Source of the DNA: Octopus bimaculoides
Lineage: Eukaryota
Assembly: GCF_001194135.2 (NCBI RefSeq)
Contig: NC_068989.1
Coordinates: 95,662,122 to 95,726,121 of the forward strand
DNA length: 64,000 nucleotides
Direction of reading: 5' to 3'
Both the position numbers and the translations under genes were made by a program. The notes under the pieces are model-generated. The model worked only from the letters and a program-made list of their open reading frames with translations. It was not told the DNA's origin and did no database searches. Shown here in pieces: positions 12,509 to 26,407 of the stretch; within the stretch, counting starts at the first letter, position 1, and every line of letters begins with the position of its first letter.

Positions 12509-14653
12509 AGCCACACACACATATACATATAGACACAAAAGAGAGTAATGAAAATCTTTTAGTTCTGAGACAAAAATTTACTGAGGCTAAAAGGAGTAAT
12601 GAATCAACCATGATAGCCCTACTCATCTGTCCCAATTTTTTTAATTAACATGATTTCTCTTCCACCTCATCCTAATTAAATGGAAGCATAAACGATCATA
12701 CACAATTTGTTAAGATTTAACTAACTTTTTCTAAATATTACTTTAGTGTATCTTATCTACCTGTATTATGGCTGTATTATGGCTGTTCTTGGCTATCATT
12801 TCAAAGCATTTTCTCTTTGATGGTTATTCAGGGACATTACATATCCATCTCATTGCTGCCACCACTAACACCGATTTATTCAATCCCACAAGTTTAGTTT
12901 GATCAACCATCAAATCCTATTGAACTTGCTTCTATTATGCTCTTGGATTTCACTGTTTGCCTATTGCTTAACATTTCCACCTTATCAAAGATACTTCAAA
13001 CAGTCTAGTTATTTCCTATACAGTATAAAATTAATTGCTCAAACTGGATAAGACCAATCACTTCTGATTGACAGGCTGAATAAAACAGTAAATATTTCAC
13101 GTTTTATAATTTCCTTTATATAGCTACATTATCTAAAATTTTAAAACCTGAAATTTAGAACATGTAGTATTCATTTGAAGTATGAAAAATTTTGGAAATG
13201 CAATTTAATTGTAACTTTGACTATGTAAAGTGAGTCTCTAATTTTACTTCAAATTTTTTAAACCAATTATCAACATAAATGAAATAGAAAACTATAAATG
13301 TTTACACTTTTTTCTTTAAATTAAAAAACAAAAGAAAAAAATGAGAAATGACATACATGTACATGGAAGCAGCATTAGTTGTTTTTAGCCAATAATGATG
13401 CTACTGAATGCTACAGATAAATATAGTATATTTTCTATATAAAAACATGGTTGTGGACTGAAAGCTAAAATTGGTTAATTTTTTAAATTTCACTTTATGA
13501 TTTATTTCATGATTAGATCAATAGCAAAAATGTTTAAAAAAAAATAAAACCTCAGGTAAATTTTATTTTTATTTTCCAATTTATTACTTACGCATACATA
13601 AAAATATTCTTTTGTTACATTATTGTTACAATGAAATGAAATTATTCCTACATCAATCATGTGATAAATTTGAAAGTTACCATTAAAAAAGAAATTTTAT
13701 AAGTTGATAAAATACAATAGATACATCTAAGACAACTCTGAAAAAATGCTTTGACATGTTTCTAACAAAACAAAAAAAGAGAATAAATAAATAAATATAA
13801 CTTTTACATGTTGAATCAAATCAATAGCAATTACCATCAAAGACTTATATAGTTTATATAATTTGATGTTTGCCTGTTACCAATATAGGTATATTCTTTG
13901 TGTCAATGGGTAACATCTTCAAGTATTCATCACAATTTTAAATACATCAATTTAGAGACACAGTGACTGAGTACATGATATAAAGAATTGCTTCTCCTTA
14001 GGACACCTTATGCTTATAATATACAACTTTGCTCAGTGAAATGAACAAATATTAGGTCCCCCCCCCACACACACACACACACAGACACTATTTACATCAC
14101 TGTAATAGTGTATATTACACACTAAATCATGCCAGCAAAGAAATAACAATGACTTTATTTGTTTCATTCGCATTTTGTAATTTGTACCAATATTCAATTA
14201 GTTCTTGTTTAAATCATTGTATAAATAATATTCAAATCAGATATGTTCCTAACTCTAACAGTGAATGAATTATCTTAATTCTCAAAACTATGTCAACTAT
14301 AAGAGGACTATGCCATCGTCACAGTGGTAAAAATAAAGAAAAAAAAAGTCAAACAGAGAGCATTTGGTTTAATGCTCAACCTACTGTGAAAGGCATCACA
14401 TGAAACCATCTTGTGCAGATTAGCAGACACTATCTGGGAGGTGTTATTGTTCAGCTATGTGTGTCATTGGAAACAATCCCACATGCAAAGAAACGTTTTC
14501 TATAAATTATTCAACTGGGACAGAGAACTCCTGTGCAATAATGTGCACATGTGTGTGCATGCACACATATGTATAACTGCACAGGAATAATGTATGTATA
14601 AATACATTTATCAGTCTCTCCATATATATATAAGTCTCTATATATCACTATAT

Positions 14654-15040
14654 ATCATCATTTAGCATCCGTTATCCATGCTGGCATGGGTTGGATGGTT
14701 TGAACAAGGCTGGCCAGCAGGAAGGCTGCACCAGATTCCCATCTGATTTGGCAGAGTTTCTACAGTTGGATGCCCTTTCTAACGCCAACCACTCCAAGAG
14801 TGCAATAAGTATCTCTACCTGCCACAGACATGGGTGCCATTTGCCTGACACCAGTATCTGCCACGACTGCAATTTTGCTTGGCTTGATGGGTCTTCTTCT
14901 CAAGCACAACATAATGCCAAAGGTCTCAGTCATTGCCTCCATGAGGCCCAACACTCATAAGGAGCTTTTCATGTGCCGCCAGCATTGACCACTTTGCCTC
15001 TGTGAGGCCCAGTGCTCGAAAGAAGCTTCTTATGTGCCAG
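14654..15040 (-). mobile_element. RTE 3' UTR copy (older subfamily)
   Basis: Reverse complement of the same terminus; shares internal modules (GAGACC, TGAGGCCCA) with 60494-60992 and 32365-32600. Confidence 0.85.
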
Positions 15041-15491
15041 AAATAGATAAGATCATTTTTGGAAACTTTATACCTAAAGGTAAATTCCAAAACCATATGC
15101 ATTAAAAAATATAAAAATGAAAATAATGGTAGTTAACTCAATGATATAATTAACTTCAATTTCGTTCTTTGATAAAAATTCAATTTGTAAGATTTACATT
15201 TATTCTTTAAGACTATCTACTTTTATTATTATCCCTATAACTTAATTATTTATCCATCTTTGTATTCATTATTGTTGCCTAAATGATAAAATCTTACAGT
15301 TTCGACTTTCAGAATCTAGATTTCTTTCCGTATTCTTTCTCTGAAAAATAAGTTTTTATCTGTTGTTTGCTATATACTTTCTAAATATATTATTCATTCA
15401 ATTCTACCTGGTATATGTTGAATACAGTCCATACAGAAAAATTCAAAAGACTTGTCGTTAATGTTTTCTTAATAGCATATTTTCACACATA

Positions 15492-15622
15492 TGGCATTAG
15501 GAAGAGCATCCAGTTATAGAAACCAAGCTTGGACATGGCCCTATGACTTGCTGAATTTTCTCAAACAGTCAAACCCATGTCAACATGGAAAATGGACACT
15601 AAATGTTACTGATGATGATGAT
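15492..15622 (+). mobile_element. Degenerate RTE 3' end
   Basis: TTAGGAAGAGCATCCAGTTATAGAAACC...GTCAAACCCATGTCAACATGGAAAATGGAC...GATGATGATG. Confidence 0.7.
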
Positions 15623-17726
15623 AAATAATAGACTTTAGATTAAAATATATCACCCCCACCCCCCATGAAGCACAAAGATTATTTTACTTAATTATATAAA
15701 AAACACACAAACATAACATCTACATATTTCATTGATTAAATCAGAGAAAATTAGCTCCAGATCTATTCTTTGCAATACTTGTGGTAGAATATATATTAGC
15801 TTAGTCATAAATACCTAAAATAAATTAGCAACCTTTTTATCCATTCATTTTACAACCCTTAAGTAAATTTACCTTAGTTGGATGGGTCATTTATTGACAT
15901 ACCATACATCAAAACTTTTTTGAAAAACTTATTTGTGCACATTTTATTAAAATCAATGCATAATTTTCTTGTATTTTAATTAATATTACCTGAGAAAAGA
16001 TTTTCTTTGGGAACTTTCATCAACCATCATATAATGAAAGTATCCCTTTATATTTTATTGATTTTTAGGAATTAATACAAAATGAATTTAATGAGTTACT
16101 GAAGTTTCATTTTTCATTAGCAACCCACGAAAAAAAAAAGTAAAATAACTTATAACAATCAAGCACAATTTGATTAATGCCTTCTAGAATAGTTCTAATG
16201 GAAAGCAATTAATGAACCCAACTAATAATCAAATAACATTACTTGTGTCCTAAAGAGTATAAAAAAATATAGACAACATCTACATTGAAGATATCAATCA
16301 TATAAATACCTTTACTCTGTGATTCTCACAGATGATATTAAGGGTGGAGATGTTTAAATAATTATTTTATCACTATTAAATATTTTCTCTAATAGATGAA
16401 AAATTTATTTTATATTTGCTTTAAATTTTTAAGAATAATTTATACATTTATTGCTGCATAAATCTTCAGCTCAAATTAAGTTTACTAAGAATACTCATAA
16501 AAAATTGTCAAGGAGGAGAAAAATGTTTGTTACTTTGGCTATGTTAATGTTATGGTACTCTATAACAACAGTAACTTTGTGTTGTATGGATCAAAAATAA
16601 GAAGCACTGCAAAATTATATTGCAAATTAAAAAAAAAAATTTTAAATATCCTACTTTAATTTTGATCTTCATGTTTAGAATTAACGATTTTCTTGAAGCA
16701 TCAGTTTTTTTAAAGTGAAATATATTTAAAAACAAATTTATTGTCACTTATAATTCATTTCATTAACTTTTTATTACTGGTGCGGAGCATCATTAGCTTC
16801 ATTGAACTCTAGTTTATTTATTTATTTTTTTCACTTAAATTGTTTTGATTTTGGTCTAATTAAACACCAAACTACTTATTTTTCAATTAGCTCAATATTA
16901 TAAAAAATAGCTGAACTTATGTTTAGAACCAATTATGCTATGACAATAAATGATCAAAGCCTAAAGTCTATTTAAAACCTTCATTTTCTACTCAAAAATA
17001 TTTTCAAACTGTGTAATATCACCATAGTAACTTAATATTCATGAATAACTGTCTGTTATAAATAGAATATTTTGATAATTGTCCTACATCATATTAGAGA
17101 TGTCTATGACCTAAAACCCATTTAGAATACTTTTGTAATTTGTTAAATACTAAATATCATAAAACCATTCCCAATATTCAATTTAGATTTACAGAAAGAA
17201 TTGTCCCCCCTTTATTCATTGCATTTCTAGATTTCTGAAACAAATGATAGATATTTGTGTTAATAATATGAGAAACATGATATATTAAAGGTTTTCCTGA
17301 TGAGTGATATTTGTGGAAAAGAAACTGAATCAGTTCATTACAAATAAAAATTTCTTCACAGCATCATAGGCCCTTTTACACATAACCACCCACTCAATCA
17401 AAACATTTTCTCCCTAATCAATAATGGGAACAACAAACAATTCTCAAAAGACAAACCTCTTTTAAGAGATAACATTTTGACCAATCATCTCAAAGGAAAC
17501 ATAGAAATGAGCTATAAAATAGTAAACTTTCCCCAAAGAATGATGGAAAGCTATTCAACAATGAACAGAAAAAGGTTGATAGAGGAAATTATAGAATTAA
17601 TGGTTGATGTTTTATAATTTATTCCAATAATTATTTTTCTTGATTTAAAAAGGAAATGCAGGTTGAGTGATCAAACAAATAAATATATCTTTCAGCATTA
17701 ATACTTTTTGCTTATTGATTATGGAA

Positions 17727-17728
<2 letters not shown>

Positions 17729-17800
<72 letters not shown>
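17729..17800. repeat. (TG)n microsatellite
   Basis: Direct reading; representative of many (TG)n/(CA)n tracts (e.g. 9073-9118, 49314-49388). Confidence 0.98.
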
Positions 17801-17803
<3 letters not shown>

Positions 17804-18212
17804 TATAACCAACAAACCAAAGACAGAAATGTAAACTAAAATGCAGAAAGTTGCCAATATTTCTGAAGAGCAACATTAAGCATAATAATTCAAAAATTAA
17901 ATGTGCACTCATAAAGAAGTAAGTCTTAATAAAATACAAGATGTAAAATATTTTCCTCGTTTACGTACAATATTTTTTAATGTTAAAGCTGCTCACTAAA
18001 AAATATTTTTAGTTGCAAATTATCGTTTTTTTAAAATTTTTTAATGCTGATATGGATTAGAGTAGTCATCTGATTTGGATACTGTAAATGAGATATTGGA
18101 ACAACTGCTTTTATAGTTGAATATTCACCTTAATGTTAATCTTGTTAGTTAAACTTCACATGTAGAGCTTGAAAATATACTTTACTGTAGATAAATTTTT
18201 TCACATCATAAA

Positions 18213-18575
18213 CTGATAGACAAAATGGTGCTGAAGAACTGCATGAAAAGACATACTAATCTAGGTATGGTATAGGTTGATTATAAGACATGGTCCCCTT
18301 GGATCTATTCCTGGATATTAGGAAGTCTTGAGTTGCTACAAGTGTCTGATGACATCTTAAATTTTATCAGGAGATCAATGAGGAACTGGAATAGAGTTAA
18401 CAGGAGACATCTTTCAAGGAGATAGTCAATCACCATTGCTGTTTGTGATTTGTAAGAAACTCCTCATACAGATACTATGGAATGTGACATTGGGGTACAC
18501 CTTGAAAAGTGGAGGAAAAATAAAATCACCTGTTATATATGGATGACTTAAAGATCTTTGGGAAGAATGAACATC
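18213..18575 (+). mobile_element. R4/Dong-like non-LTR retrotransposon RT fragment (degenerate, with internal deletions)
   Basis: Across frameshifts: IDKMVLKNCMKRHTNLGMV*VDYK..MVP..SWILGSLELL...FIRRSMRNW..IFQGDSQSPLLFVIC...HLLYMDDLKIFGKNE. The QGDSLSPLLF and LLYMDDLK motifs are typical of restriction-like-endonuclease clade RTs. Confidence 0.8.
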
Positions 18576-18909
18576 TTATCTCTCTCATTGTGGCACATTT
18601 GATAAAGAAAAAGACATGTAAAGTTAAGGTATTCATACAGGTCAGCTGTGGCATATGTCACACCTTACACAAGAGTGCACACTGTTGAACATTTTCTGAT
18701 TTTCTTCAAGCTAAGACTCATTCACCGTTTTTCTCTTTTTTTAATTAAAATTTTAACAAGTATTTTACAAATAACATGCCTCAGATTTGATGATTCAAAG
18801 CTAAAACATTCTCATTGCCATTTGCAATTTATGCAATGTGAATATGTGTGCATGTGCATGCAAGAGTGTGCATGTATGTGAACGATGCATGAATATGTGT
18901 GAATGTGTG

Positions 18910-19070
18910 CCAAGTATAGTATGCTTGCTGCACATTGATGACTCTTCAATGAAAGCTTTCCCAATTAAGCACTAGTTCTCTGTCTTGCTACACTTGTCCA
19001 ACCAGCTCTTGATATTATCCAGCTATTGCATTCTCTGCCTGCCTCTTGATTCTGCCCATAAAGACCATAA
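18910..19070 (-). mobile_element. Old RTE/BovB-like C-terminal fragment
   Basis: Minus strand reads ESRGRQRMQ*LDNIKSWLD (cf. RGRQRMRWLD.I). Confidence 0.55.
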
Positions 19071-20766
19071 ATGTGTGTGCATGTGTAAAAATGTGAATGT
19101 AGATGATTTATCAAGAATTGTGCTCTTTCACTAAACCAATTTCCTCTTAGCCTCTAAATTTCAGAAATATATTGTCATCATCCTCATTATCACCATCATT
19201 CTTACAATAATCTGAACATAAAATTCAAAGCTTTAAAAATATTGTGAAATTCTAAGGTATCTAATATACAAGCAAAAAATAAAATGTTGAATTCATGTCA
19301 TATGTCTTCCACAGCAGATAACTATAAAGGTATTAATTAGTATTCTGTATATATACTTTGCATTTGATAATTATTGTTTAGAAATTAACTAATTAAGAAG
19401 AAAAAAATTATTGTAAAGAGAATTCAATTCTTTTATGTGAGAAGTCCTTCACTACAGGTATCACAACACATCATTTCCGATACAGCAGCTCTATTTCACT
19501 CATTTGCTATTCAATATATACACATATAAGTGTGTGTGTGTGTGCCTGTGCATGCACATGTATTTGCACAAACACTAATACATTTTTTTTAAAATTGAAT
19601 ATTGCATTGATGAGAAAGATGATAACTGAGAGCATTTTTATGGTTACTTCATCAACGCCTTAATGAAATTCTAAAAATCTGTTGACTTCACAATATTCTT
19701 TTTTTTTTTTTTTTAAAAAAAGGTGAAATATAAAAATATTACAGATAAGACTTTTTTTTTTTCAAAAGAAATACATTGAGAGAAATTGTTGAAGATTTTC
19801 GTTTGCACAAACTGATAATCAACAAAACATTTATAACAAAAACTATTATCAATGAATATCATTTAAAAATAGCATAGACATCTTTATGACAGGCTCACTG
19901 AATTATATAATATGCTGACTCTTTAAAAGCAGCAAAATATGAGCAGTATAGAAATAATGTTTAAACAGAAGCTTCATTTAATACTATATTTTTAAAAAGA
20001 AATAACATAGATTTTGTATTTACAACAATAAAAATATAAAGTTTAATAGATCCAGTAACATTCTTTAAGTATTTTCTCTTTTCGCATTTACAAATAAAAA
20101 CATTCTGATAAAATATAAAGGAGCTAAAGGAAATAAATAGGCCAATAGCATGAATTTAGACTACTAAGTTAAGGACTGACGTACTGAATAATGTATGTGG
20201 AAAATTCTTAATTTCTATATTTTTCTTACATTACTTGAAATTTCTGTCTTAGTTGGAGAAAGAAAACAGAAGAACCCAATGATAATATTGATGCTCAATG
20301 AGAAAAAAAGAAAGGTAAAATAATTTCAAGTAACTAAGAATTACTTTTACAAATTTTATAAATATGTTTCGAGAGGTGATATCTTCAGGCATGTTTCAGT
20401 CTTATTGGATCTTATAAGCACAAAGCATACTCTTCTACTGATTTCCAGTGTGTGCTACTTTCAAAAGTTTCTAGTCAATTTCATTGTGTCATGTACTTTG
20501 TAGGATGCTAATCTTATCAATCTTTACTTAACCTTTAGCGTGCTGCTGTTGCATTAAGTTGCCATATGAGTTTTCTCCCTTGTAAGCTGCAGGCACACTG
20601 TGTTACCTGGAGGGGTGCTTAAAATAAACACTTTACAAAGTTTTATTTCCAGTATTTTAAGCTGGAAACAGCCTACTTTCGATTCAGAATGAGGCTAAAC
20701 TTATATTTTCTGATGCTATTTGCATTGTTAATCACTTGACACAAGGCACACAATCTTTTAAATTGA

Positions 20767-22960
20767 TTGGAGTTTTTTGGATGTTTTGCCAGACAAAAAG
20801 TGGCTGCTCCTGTATTTCACAAAGCTTTACTTGAAAACCTTTTTGAAGGATTCAATCAGACAGGTATTGATGTTGAAGTAGTCAGAGGTGATGGTGATGA
20901 TGATGCCAGTGTGATAGTGAGAACGGTGTTGAATGGATACTATCATCCATGGCTGGCTGATTTCAAGGAAAATACTGACCCCAAGGAGGTACCTGATGGT
21001 ATTTCTGAAGGGTAACTCTTTCGTCTCTTCCTGAATGACAAAATTATAACTATGTTTGTCAATGAGACAAATATATATATATATATATGCTAGTCAGGTG
21101 AAGAAAAAAAGAGGGGAAAATGCTGGTGCTCACTCATACATCAACATGTTGAAGGACACCACTTTTGAAGATTTGAAAGCATTCATAACAATTTTGCTTC
21201 TGATTGGGCTTATTAAATGCTCATTTGATTTATACTGGTCTACTGATGATCAAGAATTATGTGTGAGTTTTATAAAAACAAATAACTAGGAAAAACTTGA
21301 ACACATAGAAATCTCATAAAAATTTCATGAAATAATAATTTAATAGTTCTACTATTAAGTATTATAAGTAGAATTTGCTATGATCTACTTCTTGTATGTT
21401 TTCAGTTCTTCACTGTAGTATTCACACCCCTGTGTAAATAAACCTATGCAAAGTCTATAATTATGACAGAATGGAAACATTGTAAACTGCACAACAGTTG
21501 CACTTTTTCTCAATCTAAAAATGATTAACATCTACTTTATAGTTGTATGTTAATTGTATACTAGCTCAGATTGAGAAACATTACATTCAAAAGTCCAAAA
21601 CAGTTAGAGATTTCTGAGTGAACAGTATGCTCGGTAATTTAATCTGTCAACCAACAGATTTATGAAAACTGTATGTTTCAATGATTATATTGCTCACACA
21701 CTAATTCGGCTGATGTAGTGAACACAGTCACTTCTCTGATGCTATTATAGGGATGTTAAATGACCATGATTACACACACACACACGTACAATCATACACT
21801 GGTCTACTGATGATTTTCTTGGGATGCCAGACTTCAAGCACATCATGGTAAGGGATAGTTTTTTTTAAGAATTCTGTATTTTTACCATCTTTTCGACAAC
21901 TCAAAAGCAAAACCAAGCAATCAACCTGAGCATGATAGAGCACATAAAATCCAGCCATATTCTGAAATACTTATGCTACTTTAGTAGAAATACTTTTATA
22001 ACAGAAAGGAACTTTCAGTGGATGAAAGTATGATTCCTTTCAAAGGAACAACAGGCCTAGTGATCCACAAGCCAGAAAAACCAACCAAGTGGGGCCTGAA
22101 AGCCTGAAAGGCTGGCTGGCGTGAAAATTTGCTGGCTGTACGAGGGCAGTTGGTGTTGCACATAAAGTGGTTTCTTCCTTCTTAGAGACTGTGCAAAATA
22201 AAGGACATGTTCTTTACATGGAGAATTTTTTTCTCATTACCTGCATTATTTTATGATCGAGCCCCGCACGGTATAAGAGCATGCAGCAGCAGCAGCAGAG
22301 AGTGCCTAATGAAATCAAAGCAGGAAGTCCCTGAGCAGGGAACCCTTCCTCTAGTCACACATAGGAATGGGTTCCTTTTGTACATTTTTTGCTATGACAA
22401 AAGGTCAGTGAGTCTTCTGATGACTGCCCATTCTGCTAAGACCTTCAGAAAAGAAGTGTGATCAAAATGTCATGAAGATCATAGCAGGATTGTGTGCAAA
22501 CCTTGTACTATGCAGTCCAACTCTCAACACATGGTGGTGGAAATAGACAGAGTGGACAAGCAGATGACATGCTGTCTGGTGCTGCAGAAATGTTACCAAT
22601 TGATGGAAGAAGGTTTTCTTTTATCTTTTCAAAATATGTTTCTGCAATGTTTGGAAAGCCAAGTCAGCTCACTAGGTTAATGCTGAAAATCATCCATTCT
22701 CTACTGGAGGGATACTATTTAGGTGTGCCTTACAGGAGAGGTAGTGGGATAGATGCCCTCCCCTAGAAAGGCTGGTATTTACAGAACACTGCCTTATCTT
22801 TAACCTCAAGTGCCTTCTTGCCGAGATTGTGCTGTTTGTTTGAACCAAGACATGAAGTGCCATACGACCCAGTTCATGAGCAGAAAGTGTGATGTAGTAC
22901 TCTGCCCATACCCTATTTCCAAAGGTACCACAGTCTGATGGATTACAAAATAGACTGCAC
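20767..22960 (+). pseudogene. piggyBac (PGBD4-like) transposase pseudogene
   Basis: FRLFLNDKII.MFVNETN; DLKAFITILLLIGLIK..YWSTDD|FLGMPDFKHIMVRDSF; ELSVDESMIPFKG..KPEKPTKWGLK (first catalytic D at 22021); GHVLYMENFF (second D replaced by E); YDKRSVSLLMTAH; IDRVDKQM; C-terminal CRD CAVC..HTTQFMSRKCDVVLCPYPYFQRYH. Multiple stops and frameshifts. Confidence 0.9.
21251..21797. mobile_element. 547-bp insertion in the piggyBac ORF flanked by a 17-bp direct repeat
   Basis: ACTGGTCTACTGATGAT at 21234-21250 and 21798-21814; removing insert plus one copy rejoins YWSTDD-FLGMPDF in frame. Confidence 0.8.
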
Positions 22961-23411
22961 CCCAGAACTCCATAGACAATGATCAAGGTATGATAAAAGT
23001 ATGTCAATAACATGTGTCTGTTGTTGTTGTTGTTTTCAATAACAAAACATGCATGCAGAACATAATGCATTACATCAAAATATTATTCATCCATTCCTTT
23101 ATTACTATATAAAAAGATCAAGTTTGTATACTAAATACAAGGAAAGTTATAACAATTTTAAAACAGTAGGTGCTCATGTTTTTGCTACATCAAAAAAACA
23201 AAACAATAGTAATGCAATGCCAGGGGAAACAATTGTAGGGGCAATGCAGTGTACTAAAGGTTAATGAAAGAGCTAAGTACACTTAAGAAAAACTTAAGAA
23301 ACTAAATACCACAATGTATTTTTATTAAATACACTGTTTTATTGTCTTTCGTCAAGTTGAAACACACACACAAACTCATATATAAATACTGTACACAAAC
23401 ACATAGATACT

Positions 23412-23575
23412 ATGGGTCTCTCCACAGTTTCTGTCCACTAAATTTCACTCACAAGGCATTAGTTAGCTATAAGCTATCGTTGATGACATGTGCCCAAGGC
23501 ATGATGCAGTAGAATCAAATCTGGAGTCATGCTGTTGTGATAGAAACTGAAATTTCTGAATTATATGCCCAAGCC
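23412..23575 (-). mobile_element. Degenerate tRNA-derived SINE
   Basis: TTTCACTCACAAGGC..GCTAT....TGCCCAAGG matches the reverse complement of the family body. Confidence 0.6.
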
Positions 23576-25410
23576 AGCAACCTGATGATAATTCATTAAT
23601 TTTAATTTTTGAACACATGGATATCAAAGTACCTCATTAAGAAACAGAAATTGCAAGTCAAGATAAAAATCAAATTAATGTTTTAATACATTATTTTATC
23701 ATTAAATTTATCCATCAATACAAAAATATTATCTAAGGTTACTTCTAAGATAACAGATAACAATGTATAAATAAATAAAGTTTATGTGTTAAACAAACCA
23801 TGTGTTATAAACTTTCTATTTTCTGAATAGGCTCACACTAACTTTAAGAAGTCTTCACCTTCACTCATTATAACATAACTAGCACCAAGATGAGAATGGT
23901 TAAAAGACTAGAGAACAGTATATTTTCATGGAGGAAATCAAAGGTGTAAATCTGGTTAAGTAGAATTGAGTTGGTGTCACAGTTACCCCAATGGATGTTC
24001 AATATCACAATGTAAGTTGAGATGGTAGAATGGCTTCAACTGAAATTGAGTTGAACTCGAAATTTTAGGGGAGAGCTTGGTCATGAGTACTGTGTCACAG
24101 AAGAGCAATTTGCATTCTGTCCAGAATACGATTCCATGTCAAAAACATTTTCCCATTAAAACCAGTTCATTCTATTCCATATTATTGACTACAGTCATAA
24201 ATCAGAGGTACACACAGTAACATGAAATGATGCAGCATGCAATTGAATCTGTATTGCAAACTCAAACTGCATGTGTTTTATAACAATGTTTTCTGACAAC
24301 TAAATAAGGTGTATATATCATTCAAACAATATTAAATCATAGACAGATGTATATAGGGAAAGCAAACATATCAGCAATTGCTACTACTGTTATCTATACA
24401 GAGTTTAAGAACCACTTAGGTTATCTATCAGTGTTAATCCATTTAATACCTATCTGCTTGAAACAATATGTATGAAAGTATTCATATCTAAAATAAAATT
24501 TTAATCAAAACTACTTAGCATGAATGAGAGTGAGATTTCAGTCAGTCAATGCAATATATCAACACAATATATATCAATTTATAAACTAACAACAAAATCT
24601 TGACTATATTGAGAATTGAAACACAAAGTGTGTCTACTAATTAGAAATATAGTCTCAGAATGGTTAAGCATAATAACCTTTTGCAGCTGTCTCATATTTA
24701 TTTATGTCAGATGAAACAATCATTGAAATAGAATATTTAGATTAGAATGTTAATATAACTGAGTTTTCATCAATGGAATATGTATTACTGTGAATATTTG
24801 GTGTATCCTATCATTTCCACAGGGGTGGTCAGTGAATATATTGTAGTACTCCGCTGTCTTGTTTAAGTGCACAACTATGGTGATAAGCTCTGATTTTATG
24901 GTCATGTGGTCATTAGATTACAGATTCACAAAATCATAAGCTCATAATTTATGATCATGTTATAAATACAATAATACATAAAAGTAGATTATGCAACAAT
25001 TTCCAAGTAAAAGTAAATCCTGAAACAGTAAATAGCCAAAGATAACAATGAAGCTTTTTTTTTTTTTTAAAGTCTATACCTAAAAATACTGAAACGATCA
25101 TTACTGCAATACTAAAGCCCTTGTAATGTAGAACGCAGATCTTTTTATTTTTATTCATGTTGAAATAATTGAAGAAATTTCTACTACTGGTTACTTTTCA
25201 TTACAGTTACTAGTGACTGACTCAAGATTACTCATTTCATTTTCATGGATAATATAAGTAAACACCTGGACAATGTCAACTAGTTTCATTTTTCCATGTG
25301 AACATAGGAAAAGACTACAAAACAAAAGTCTGAAACACTGAAATACACAAAGAAAGATATTTTGGAAGGCATCAAGAAATCTCCAGTAATTAGCTTTGAA
25401 TTATAAACAG

Positions 25411-25773
25411 GTACAGGTGTGACTGTGTGGTAAGAAATCTGCTTGTCAACTATGTGGTTCTGAGTTCAGTTCCACTGTGTGGCGTATTGGGCAAATGTCT
25501 TGTGAGTGGATTTGGTAGACAGAAACTGAAAGAAGCTAGCAGCATATATATGTGTGTGTATGTGTGTGTGTGTGTTTGATCCCCACCACCACCACCACCA
25601 CCACCACAGCTTGCAAACTGGCGTTGGTCTGTCAATATCCCTGTAATTTATCAGTTTAGCAAAAGAGACCAATAGAAAAAGTACCAGGTTTACAAAAATA
25701 AGAACTAGGGTTGATTTGTTTAACTAATCCTTGAAAGCAGTGCCCCAGCATGGATGAAACAAGTAAAAGATAA
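25411..25773 (+). mobile_element. Near full-length tRNA-derived SINE with internal (TG)n and (CAC)n tracts
   Basis: A-box-like TGACTGTGTGGT, B-box-like GTTCAGTTCC, body TTGTGAGTGGATTTGGTAGACAGAAACTGAAAGAAG, 3' part ending GCCCCAGCATGG..GAAACAAGTAAAAGATAAA. Resembles described octopus tRNA-derived SINEs; family not assigned. Confidence 0.8.
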
Positions 25774-26394
25774 ATGTAGAAAGATTCTGCAAGTCAGTTA
25801 TAATATGATTATGAGTTTTCATGTTACATAAATCATACATAATACCTAAGTCCTAGTATGTATCATCTGTTTAAAAAAAAACTGATGATAGATAATCTCT
25901 AATCAAAAAATGATGTTTTAACCTAAAATACAAAAGGATGTGTTTAGATGTAATGCTTTTAAACTTTTGTGGAGTTACTTGATTATGTTGCTCAACATAT
26001 TTGTTACAAAGAGTTCAAATAGTGGAATAAATTTTATGCAGTGAGAGAAATAAACAATGACAAAAAAAAAATAATGTTTATGAAATTTCTTGTAGAGAAA
26101 CATCAGTAGCAACATAATGTATGAACACATATATAGTTACAAAAGAAATTTCATAGACTATTTCCAAATTTTTATAAGCAAAATTCATCATTTGATTTCA
26201 AAATCAATTTGAAGGAGTTGCTGTTGACATTACAGACATGCTCTATCCATCGTTTATCATTTTACTGTGGTAAGTAAAGATATATGTACAAAGACACAAC
26301 AAATCTGTTGAAGCATGGAAATAGAAATCCATTTCAAGTTTGCAGTAATATTTATCACAGAAATAACATTTAAACTAGTCTCTCTTCTACTCAC

Positions 26395-26407
26395 CCACAG
26401 TGTATAC
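26395..26407 (-). other. Candidate 13-nt microexon (GTATACACTGTGG)
   Basis: Minus strand: ...GATTTCAAATAATATTTTAG|GTATACACTGTGG|GTGAGTAG. Confidence 0.35.

Larger units (their letters stand above)
20532..23260 (+). mobile_element. Full-length inactive piggyBac DNA transposon
   Basis: TTAA at 20528-20531 and 23261-23264; termini CCTTTAGCGTGCTGC and (reverse complement) CCTTTAGTACACTGC, 11/15 identical with all mismatches transitions; transposase motifs in between. Confidence 0.9.

Noticed and set aside
15985-16003. Minus-strand TTTTCTCAG|GTAATA and similar AG|GTAT sites (e.g. near 15812)
   Set aside because: Weak donors or short pyrimidine tracts; expected by chance in AT-rich DNA.
17295-17330. 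CTGATGA...GAAAC hammerhead-like core
   Set aside because: No stem II or flanking stems can be formed.
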